IMG/VR virus record: IMGVR_UViG_3300047160_011268
Coordinates: 1,710 to 65,709 of that record
Length of the DNA stretch: 64,000 nt
Source of the DNA: a virus
Lineage: Duplodnaviria; Caudoviricetes
Strand: one strand, 5' to 3'
The position numbers and the translations under genes were made by a program. This document shows, one piece after another, positions 1-6,611 of this stretch. A model generated the notes under the pieces. The model had not been told where the DNA came from, did no database searches, and saw nothing but the letters and a program-made list of their open reading frames with translations. The number at the start of each line of letters is the position of its first letter. Positions within the stretch are counted from its first letter, which is position 1.

Positions 1-2
1 GC

Positions 3-110
3 ACCCACGATGACGTCCTGGAATATCTAGCTTCTAGTGCTATCGATAATGCCGTCATCAGCGATGCAGCACAAGACACACTCACAGACCGCCGGGAGAA
101 TGAGGAATGA
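3..110 (+). CDS. 5'-truncated hypothetical protein
   Basis: Open frame from the window edge (THDDVLEYLASSAIDNAV...ENEE*); its TGA overlaps the ATG at 107 (ATGA). Confidence 0.4.
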   Translation, partial: THDDVLEYLASSAIDNAVISDAAQDTLTDRRENEE

Positions 111-355
111 CCGTAGGATTCACTTTGAAGATGACACTCTCACAAGCGCAGTTTATCGCCGGCCATCCCGATTTATCGATATTTACGCGGGAGGAAATTA
201 CCGAAGCGCTTGCCCGCCTGCAAGCCCCGAATGTCGTCGCGCGCATGCGAAACGTTCGAAATGAACGAACAATAGAGCGTTGGCGTGACCGGTTGGCACG
301 CCTGCAAGACGAACTTGAGACAATCGCAAATCAAGATGAGGCCCGTAAACTCTAG
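107..355 (+). CDS. hypothetical protein
   Basis: 82-aa ORF, ATGA-coupled to the upstream ORF; stop abuts the ribozyme. Confidence 0.55.
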   Translation: MTVGFTLKMTLSQAQFIAGHPDLSIFTREEITEALARLQAPNVVARMRNVRNERTIERWRDRLARLQDELETIANQDEARKL

Positions 356-412
356 GCCGAAACCGGCACGTTAGCGTGCTGGTCATGCCGTAATGCGGCA
401 TCTGATGAGGCT
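355..412 (+). ncRNA. hammerhead ribozyme, type II permutation
   Basis: GAAA 359-362; stem III 362-370/375-383 (9 bp, one G-U); GUC 382-384; stem I ATGCCG 385-390/CGGCAT 396-401; CUGAUGA 402-408; stem II 409-412/355-358. Confidence 0.9.
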
Positions 413-436
413 ACTAACCTGCGAGGAGCGATCAAC

Positions 437-937
437 ATGTACAAACCCAAGCATCTGAAACGTTGGACAATGCCGGCGAACTATTGTGGTGCCATGTGGC
501 CCAATCATTACTCAAGTGGCTTTGGCCGATCCCGCGATAGCGACTGTCTTGAGCGAAGCAACTTCCGCGTCGCGCTAGCTGCACTGGGCGGCGAGAGCGA
601 CTGCGTGACCGTAGCTCGCGAAAGCCACTGGGCCGTGGGCTGGGTTGAGTGGGTGGCAATTGAGGCGGACGGCACCCCCGAAAGTGACGAAGCGCTAGCG
701 ATAGCAGACAAGCTGCAAGAGCGCGTTAGCAACTACCCCGTGCTGAACGAAGAAGACTTCTCCACGTTGGAGAGGGACGAAGCCGACGAGATCTGGGCTA
801 ACTGCTACAACGTGAAGGAGCGGGTGCGCTACATCCGCGCACACGCTTCACAGTTCGAATTCCACGACTATGCAGATCTACTCAATTGCGTGCGTGGCAA
901 GTACTTCGCCGGGTATGCAAGTGAGTTAATCCAATAA
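437..937 (+). CDS. hypothetical early phage protein
   Basis: 166-aa ORF with GAGGAG RBS. Confidence 0.75.
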   Translation: MYKPKHLKRWTMPANYCGAMWPNHYSSGFGRSRDSDCLERSNFRVALAALGGESDCVTVARESHWAVGWVEWVAIEADGTPESDEALAIADKLQERVSNYPVLNEEDFSTLERDEADEIWANCYNVKERVRYIRAHASQFEFHDYADLLNCVRGKYFAGYASELIQ

Positions 938-989
938 TCATCATCGGCAACCACCCCTGTTGCCGCAGGGCAAAAACTGCGAGGACAAG

Positions 990-1220
990 ATGAAAATTCG
1001 CACAGACTTTTGGATGAAGCCTATCCCGCTACGGCATTTCGATTGGTCTGCTGTCGATGACGACAGCTACGACGGCCACGGCTCGCCTATCGGGCACGGA
1101 GCCACTGAAGCCGAGGCAATCAAAGACCTGATGTACCAACTAGCCGGCTACATGACCGATGAGGAATATGCGGCGGCAATGGGGCACGAACAACGCATCC
1201 GCGATGCAGAGGAGGGTTGA
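990..1220 (+). CDS. hypothetical phage protein
   Basis: GAGGA RBS, ATG at 990; MKIRTDFWMKPIP...GATEAEAIKDL. Confidence 0.7.
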   Translation: MKIRTDFWMKPIPLRHFDWSAVDDDSYDGHGSPIGHGATEAEAIKDLMYQLAGYMTDEEYAAAMGHEQRIRDAEEG

Positions 1221-1223
1221 ATA

Positions 1224-1418
1224 ATGTCGCCGCCCATCAGACGCAGTGCACTGATTAGAACGCCGCAGCAATGCGCCGATCACATGACCTGGCGCCGTCG
1301 CTCGCACAACAGCGCTTTGCAATTCGCTCACAGCCGCGAACTCGACGCCGATACTACGGAAATGCGTTTGTATTGGCGCGAAGTTATCCGTTTAATATGG
1401 GAGAAAAGCAAGTCATGA
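1224..1418 (+). CDS. hypothetical protein
   Basis: GGAGGG RBS; stop overlaps the next ATG (ATGA). Confidence 0.5.
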   Translation: MSPPIRRSALIRTPQQCADHMTWRRRSHNSALQFAHSRELDADTTEMRLYWREVIRLIWEKSKS

Positions 1419-1735
1419 ACCCGATCGTTGCCTTTGTGCTGGTCTGCACCACGCCGAACTATACCGTGGTCGATCGGCTGCATCAGAACGAAGGCGCCTG
1501 TTTCGAGCAGCGCGCCTTGTATCAAACCAGCCATCCAAGCGTGCAGCATTGTCATTGCGTGCGCATGGTCGACGAAAGATTGCCGTGCGGCCTCGTTCCC
1601 AATACCTCCGACGGTCAGCCGCTTCCTTTCACCGTTGTGTCCCCCGATGAAACGCGGGTGCCTGCGGGCGGCTTCATGACTTTGCCGTATGGTAAGGTCG
1701 ATCCCAAAGGCCCGCACTCGGTGAGCCCAAACTGA
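1415..1735 (+). CDS. hypothetical Cys-containing protein coupled to the PqqD cassette
   Basis: ATG 1415 overlaps the upstream stop; TGATG overlap with the PqqD-family gene. Confidence 0.6.
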   Translation: MNPIVAFVLVCTTPNYTVVDRLHQNEGACFEQRALYQTSHPSVQHCHCVRMVDERLPCGLVPNTSDGQPLPFTVVSPDETRVPAGGFMTLPYGKVDPKGPHSVSPN

Positions 1736-1959
1736 TGACCAAGCTCAAAAATCTACAGATCATTCGCGGTTGCCTGATCTTCGATCCGGCCTTGGGCACG
1801 TTTTACCGGGTCTCCGAAAGCGCGGTGTATGTGCTGAAAGCGTTGCAGAACGACGCCTCACTGCCGGCATTGCGGGCTTGCTACGCAGCACGTTACGCGG
1901 TGCCGCTGTCGACCGCAGCGCGCGACATTGAGCTGTTCTTCAATGAGGTAAGACGATGA
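1735..1959 (+). CDS. PqqD-family / RiPP recognition element (RRE) protein
   Basis: Pattern LIFDPALGTFYRVSESAVYVLKAL...YAARYAVPLSTAARDIELFF fits the three-strand, three-helix PqqD signature. Confidence 0.78.
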   Translation: MTKLKNLQIIRGCLIFDPALGTFYRVSESAVYVLKALQNDASLPALRACYAARYAVPLSTAARDIELFFNEVRR

Positions 1960-2936
1960 ACATCGCCGTGAGTGGCCTACATCGCGGCGACAACCCGCAA
2001 CCTGGACCGGCCGTTATTCGCAGCATCAAACGCGCTTACCCTGATGCGCAGATCATCGGCCTGAGCTATGACCCGCTCGAGTCCGGCCTGTTCAATGGCG
2101 ACATCGACGCCGCCTATGCCATGCCGTTCCCGGGTAAAGGCGCCGCTGCGTTATTGAGTCGCCTTGACGCTATCCGCAAGGATCATCGCCTCGATATGAT
2201 CATGCCGTGTTTGGATGCGGAACTGCCGAACTATCTCGATAGTACGGATTACTTTAAATTGCATAGGATTAAAGTCCCAATTATGAATAAATTGGCGTTC
2301 GAGCGCCGCGGCAAGGGCAAATTGCCCAAGCTCGGGGCCAGCGCCAGGGTGCGGGTTCCCAAGACCCAAACCGCTAATACCCTGGACACGGCCTATAAAG
2401 CCTGTGAGAGCGTCGGCTATCCATTATTTCTCAAAGGGCAGTATCATGGCGCTCTCCGCATATCGTCGCCCAGCGAGGTCGCTAATGCGTTTGCGGCCCT
2501 ATGCCCTGTTGTGGTGCAATCATTGGTTGAAGGCGAGGATGAATACGACGTTGTAGGTGTAGGCGACGGCAAGGGTGGCATCATTGCCTCTTGTTCCATC
2601 CGTAAGATTATGGTCACCGCCGCCGGTAAAGCCTATGGTGGCATTGTCGTTGACGATCCCGTCCTCTACCGTCACGCTCGCGCCCTCATCAAGGTATTGC
2701 GTTGGCGAGGGCCGTTCGAGTTGGAATTCGTTAAAGGGCCGCATGGCCACGAACTGATCGAGATGAACCCCCGGTTCCCGGCTTGGGTCGATTTCCCCAG
2801 CCAATTGGGTTGCAACTTACCTGCCTTATTGATCGACCCGGCCTTGCCCTGCAGCAAATGCCGGCCGGGCATGATGTTCATGCGCCATTGCGTTGACTTG
2901 GTCGGCCATTTGTCACGTTTAGCCGAGGTGCACTAA
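1956..2936 (+). CDS. ATP-grasp ligase (carboxylate-amine ligase type)
   Basis: YPLFLKG, VVQSLVEGEDEY, GPFELEF, LIEMNPRF motifs. Confidence 0.9.
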   Translation: MNIAVSGLHRGDNPQPGPAVIRSIKRAYPDAQIIGLSYDPLESGLFNGDIDAAYAMPFPGKGAAALLSRLDAIRKDHRLDMIMPCLDAELPNYLDSTDYFKLHRIKVPIMNKLAFERRGKGKLPKLGASARVRVPKTQTANTLDTAYKACESVGYPLFLKGQYHGALRISSPSEVANAFAALCPVVVQSLVEGEDEYDVVGVGDGKGGIIASCSIRKIMVTAAGKAYGGIVVDDPVLYRHARALIKVLRWRGPFELEFVKGPHGHELIEMNPRFPAWVDFPSQLGCNLPALLIDPALPCSKCRPGMMFMRHCVDLVGHLSRLAEVH

Positions 2937-4213
2937 TGCTGTTGCTGTCAGACGAGCTTGGCCAATCCGGTGCCGGCGCCATTCGCAATGCCTATAACCG
3001 TCAAACCGTCGCCTGCTCGAGCATCGACGGCGTGCCGGTCGGCAAGCTGGTTGCGCACTATGGGTCGCCGCTGTTCGTGTTCTCCGAGCGTACCATTTTG
3101 GCGACGGCGAGACGGGCAAAACGCGCCTTCAAATCCGTCTATCCCGATACTCAATTCGCCTGGTCCTACAAGACCAATTATCTGCGCGCGGTTTGTGCTG
3201 TGTTTCATAGCGAAGGTTGGATTGCCGAAGTGGTGAGCGAATTCGAGTATCGGAAGGCCAAGCCGGCCGGCACGCCGATCATTTATAACGGTCCGTGCAA
3301 GTCCAAGGCCGGCATCAATCAAGCGATCGATGACGGCGCCGTGATCCAGATCGATCACTGGGACGAACTGGCGCTGATCGAGGCGCTCGATCGTCCGGCT
3401 ATTGTGGGCGTGCGCCTTTGGACTGATACCAAGTATGCGCCGGTATGGAGCAAGTTTGGTTTCGCCTTGGACAATGGCGAAGCGTCGCGGGCGATTATGC
3501 GCATCGTTACTAATCCTAAGCTGGGCTTGCATACGCTGCATACGCATATTGGGACGTTTGTTACTGAACCGAAAGCTTATGCGATCGCCGCGGCACGTTT
3601 ACTATCACTACGGCAATTACTACATCGGCAAACCGGCTGCCTGGTGCCTTGCATCAATCTCGGCGGCGGCTTTCCAAGCGGCGCTCGGCTGCATGAGCAA
3701 CCCGAAGGCGCATCGGTGCCCTCGATAGAAGCTTACGCCAAGGCCATTGCCGGTGAATTGAATCGGCTGCCGCGCAAGCTAAGGCCGTTACTGCGGCTCG
3801 AAACCGGCCGCCATCTGATCGACGACGCCGGCTATCTGATCACGTCGGTGGCTGCGGTCAAAGCCGGTAGCTACATTGTCGATACCGGCATTCACCAGCT
3901 CTACACCGCGCCTTGGTTCCGCATCAATGTCTCGCCAACTCGGGGCGGGCCTTGTGAATCTGTTAAGCTATTCGGCAGTTTGTGTATGAACATTGATGTA
4001 ATCCGTGATCGGGTGGAGTTGCCGTCGCTTGAGGTCGGCGATGCTTTGGTGCTGCATCCGGTTGGTGCCTATAACTTGACCCAATCGATGCAATTCATCG
4101 GCTTGCGGCCGGCGGTAGTGATGATCGGCAAGCAAGGTCCCGAGGTCATACGACGGCGCGAGGAACTGAGCGATCTTGAGGGGCCGGAACATGACCGACG
4201 ACACCATTCTTGA
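2936..4213 (+). CDS. PLP-dependent decarboxylase, LysA/ornithine decarboxylase (group IV) fold
   Basis: SYKTN (PLP lysine), HTHIGT, NLGGGF, ETGR, GSLCMNID, GAY motifs. Confidence 0.9.
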   Translation: MLLLSDELGQSGAGAIRNAYNRQTVACSSIDGVPVGKLVAHYGSPLFVFSERTILATARRAKRAFKSVYPDTQFAWSYKTNYLRAVCAVFHSEGWIAEVVSEFEYRKAKPAGTPIIYNGPCKSKAGINQAIDDGAVIQIDHWDELALIEALDRPAIVGVRLWTDTKYAPVWSKFGFALDNGEASRAIMRIVTNPKLGLHTLHTHIGTFVTEPKAYAIAAARLLSLRQLLHRQTGCLVPCINLGGGFPSGARLHEQPEGASVPSIEAYAKAIAGELNRLPRKLRPLLRLETGRHLIDDAGYLITSVAAVKAGSYIVDTGIHQLYTAPWFRINVSPTRGGPCESVKLFGSLCMNIDVIRDRVELPSLEVGDALVLHPVGAYNLTQSMQFIGLRPAVVMIGKQGPEVIRRREELSDLEGPEHDRRHHS

Positions 4214-4278
4214 ATTGTCACGGTTGTACCGTGGCGTCGAGCAGCGGCTGAAAGCCCAACACAGAGGAGAACTATTCG

Positions 4279-4464
4279 ATGAAGAACGATTGGTATATGG
4301 CACGAGAACGCCTGAAAAATCCCGGCTGGACCGGAACGGCCCCACCGAATGACGACTATGACAAGATCGAGAAGGACAAGCAGCGCAAGGACGACGCCAA
4401 GGAGGGCTTTGACGATACCACCGAGGAGAACTGGGCCAATAACGGCGGAAGGAATGCACCATGA
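4279..4464 (+). CDS. small charged (Asp/Glu/Lys-rich) protein
   Basis: GAGGAG RBS; 61 aa; ATGA overlap with the next gene. Confidence 0.6.
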   Translation: MKNDWYMARERLKNPGWTGTAPPNDDYDKIEKDKQRKDDAKEGFDDTTEENWANNGGRNAP

Positions 4465-4700
4465 AATATCGGGTACGAGTGACGCGGCTGCGTGAGCAGG
4501 AGTGTGAGCTGTGGCTTGATGCGGCTAATGAGGAATTAGCGATCGATAAAGCTATGGAGATGATTGACGATGTCGCAGCGACGATATGGCAAGACAGCGA
4601 CACTGAGCCGCACACTTATGGTGTTGACGACATCCGCCCGGGCGACAAGTCGGACCGGCCTTGCGCCCGGGCCTATTCTTCGGTTAACTCTCCCGGTTAA
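4461..4700 (+). CDS. hypothetical protein
   Basis: 79-aa ORF coupled to the upstream gene. Confidence 0.6.
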   Translation: MKYRVRVTRLREQECELWLDAANEELAIDKAMEMIDDVAATIWQDSDTEPHTYGVDDIRPGDKSDRPCARAYSSVNSPG

Positions 4701-4713
4701 CCAATGGAGGGTT

Positions 4714-4896
4714 ATGATGGCGAATCGTTACGGTGAGCGGAAGATTTATGATCAACAGCTCAAAAAGCATGTTTGGGCTGCCTATGACCGGGAGTTGCGA
4801 GCCGATTGTAGTATCCATGATACCCGCAAGACGGCGCGGCAGATTGCCCGCGTTCTCAATATCGAAGATAAGCAGCGCAAAGTTTCGGCTGCGTAA
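4714..4896 (+). CDS. hypothetical protein
   Basis: GGAGG RBS 4706-4710, ATG 4714. Confidence 0.55.
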   Translation: MMANRYGERKIYDQQLKKHVWAAYDRELRADCSIHDTRKTARQIARVLNIEDKQRKVSAA

Positions 4897-5035
4897 GGGA
4901 GCGACAGTTTCACCATGTCAGCCGGTGTCTGCCATCGGGACAGCGAAAGCTTCAAGGCTTAGTTCGGCGTCGCTCCCTTTTGCCTCTCCCGGAGGCATGA
5001 GTCGGTAGCCGTGAAACTAAGCAAAGCAGACAACC
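4895..5035. ncRNA. candidate structured RNA, family unknown
   Basis: Pairings 4895-4905/4969-4979 (11 bp), 4926-4932/5026-5032, 4957-4964/5015-5022, 4906-4913/5011-5018; hairpin 4981-4997; GAAA-loop hairpin 4942-4951. Confidence 0.4.
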
Positions 5036-5123
5036 TTAACCCTTAAGCTTGACAAGCAAAACCATTTTATCATTTCACAACTCTATGCAATATTACCGTT
5101 TGCATCTAATAGGAGGACATCCG

Positions 5124-5342
5124 ATGCGAACTAGACTAACGCTTGCTGCCGTCGCCGGCATTATGTCGGCGGGAACGGCGATGGCGGCGCCGATCTCGAT
5201 CGCTTTGCCGCACGGTAAAGATGCGATTAAGGTTGTGCAACGCGGGCCGTATTATCAACCCTATTACACCCAACCGGCGCCGACTTGCGGCTTTTGGGGT
5301 AAGGGCTGCGCCCAGCAACCGCGGCATCACAGGGGGCGTTAA
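5124..5342 (+). CDS. small secreted peptide
   Basis: AGGAGG RBS; signal peptide MRTRLTLAAVAGIMSAGTAMA; Tyr/Pro-rich segment and a Cys pair. Confidence 0.7.
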   Translation: MRTRLTLAAVAGIMSAGTAMAAPISIALPHGKDAIKVVQRGPYYQPYYTQPAPTCGFWGKGCAQQPRHHRGR

Positions 5343-5353
5343 GCCCCCCTTTT
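5331..5353 (+). terminator. putative intrinsic terminator
   Basis: GGGGGC-gttaa-GCCCCC stem followed by CTTTT. Confidence 0.55.
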
Positions 5354-5421
5354 CCTTTGACAAACGATTTACAAATAGATTAGCTTTACATCTTCTACTC
5401 ACCAATGGGGAGTTATCTGAA

Positions 5422-5622
5422 ATGATGAAGACGTTAGCTCTTGCCGGTGTTTTGGCAATTGCCGGTCTCGCATCTGCCCAACCGGCAAATGCGCATTATC
5501 ACGGCTATGGTTACGGCTATGGCTATGGCCCGCATTACTATCATTATGGCTATCGTCCCTACGGCTACGGCTACGGCTACCGGCCGTACTATCGGTGGCA
5601 CCACTGGCATCACGGTTGGTAA
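5422..5622 (+). CDS. secreted Gly/Tyr/His-rich peptide
   Basis: Signal peptide ending PANA, then HYHGYGYGYGYGPHYY...WHHWHHGW. Confidence 0.75.
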   Translation: MMKTLALAGVLAIAGLASAQPANAHYHGYGYGYGYGPHYYHYGYRPYGYGYGYRPYYRWHHWHHGW

Positions 5623-5627
5623 GGAAC

Positions 5628-5843
5628 ATGATCGCACTGGCAATTTCGCTACTCTGGCTCCTGATCGGCGTCGTCATTGTCGCCTTGATCATTTGGCTGG
5701 TGTTGTACGGCTTGAAGAACGTTGCCGGCATTCCGGTGCCGCAACGCGCCGAGCAAGCGGCCTGGTTCATCTTCTTGATCCTGATCGTCATCTATGCCTT
5801 GTACGCGGTCGAAGGCGGCAGCCTACATTCAGTCCTGCGCTAG
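5628..5843 (+). CDS. small two-TM membrane protein
   Basis: AAGGA RBS; two hydrophobic helices. Confidence 0.7.
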   Translation: MIALAISLLWLLIGVVIVALIIWLVLYGLKNVAGIPVPQRAEQAAWFIFLILIVIYALYAVEGGSLHSVLR

Positions 5844-5872
5844 TTGACACCCGGTCGCATGCGTCGTAAGGT
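5844..5872 (+). promoter_or_regulatory. sigma70-type promoter
   Basis: TTGACA 5844-5849, 17-bp spacer, TAAGGT 5867-5872, upstream of the run leading to PolA. Confidence 0.6.
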
Positions 5873-5907
5873 CACGCTGTCCTCGTGTAACTTGCGGGCG
5901 GGCTGAT

Positions 5908-6132
5908 GTGGTCGATGAGATAACTTACCTTCGTATCCTGCGGGCCGCAAAGCGTTATGCCGCGTGGGATAAGTCAGACCCCTTCAGTCTCGCCCGTGCT
6001 CTTTGCCACATTGACTTCGGCCTCTGCGGTTACACCGAGGACGGCAAGGAAGCCTGGTATGACGCCGAAGAGCACGTGACGATGCGTGATGGGGTGGTGA
6101 CCAAAACCTATACCAATGTAATCCGGCTATGA
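5908..6132 (+). CDS. hypothetical protein
   Basis: 74-aa ORF; ATGA overlap with the next gene. Confidence 0.5.
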   Translation: MVDEITYLRILRAAKRYAAWDKSDPFSLARALCHIDFGLCGYTEDGKEAWYDAEEHVTMRDGVVTKTYTNVIRL

Positions 6133-6611
6133 CGCTCGAACCTGAAGATCCCTGGAAGGACCGCTGGATGATCGCGATTTGGTGGTTCGTGGTCTTTATC
6201 GCCGCCTTCATCTTCCTGTATTGGTCGGCGCATGCCGATACCCATCCGCCCGATATTCAGAACTGGTTCGCCTATCTCTCCAATCATATCAATGGGGCTT
6301 GCTGCGGCGAGGCTGATGGCTATCCTGCCGAGGTCGTGCATATGCCGTCGCCGCCAGTTAATAATCGTGCCAAGACCGACGGCGTTGCCTGCATTACCGA
6401 TCCGGCCGGCAAGGATGTCGTTGTTCGCGGCGTCACCATTAAAACCAAGCATGCAGTTAAGGGTAATCTTTGCGCCACATTTTCGTGGGACCAGTTAACC
6501 CAAGAGAAGCAAGGCAACCCGTTCGATCATGCCTACGTCTTTGTTCATCTCCGTATCGATGACACTATCGACTACCTGTACTGTGTCGCTCCGCTGCCAC
6601 AGGCATCCTGA
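6129..6611 (+). CDS. membrane-anchored Cys-rich exported protein
   Basis: N-terminal hydrophobic helix ending AHA; CCGEADG and three more Cys. Confidence 0.7.
   Translation: MTLEPEDPWKDRWMIAIWWFVVFIAAFIFLYWSAHADTHPPDIQNWFAYLSNHINGACCGEADGYPAEVVHMPSPPVNNRAKTDGVACITDPAGKDVVVRGVTIKTKHAVKGNLCATFSWDQLTQEKQGNPFDHAYVFVHLRIDDTIDYLYCVAPLPQAS

Noticed and set aside
946-980. Riboswitch or HDV-like ribozyme (GGCAAC/GTTGCC stem with possible CCCT/AGGG pseudoknot)
   Set aside because: Too short for HDV topology and no match to preQ1 or SAM-II patterns; may be a simple hairpin
1732-1738. Second hammerhead (CTGATGA)
   Set aside because: No GAAA or flanking stems; it is a stop/start overlap
4684-4701. Full CtrA box (two TTAAC)
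   Set aside because: Spacing is 9 rather than 7; at most two half-sites or a hairpin
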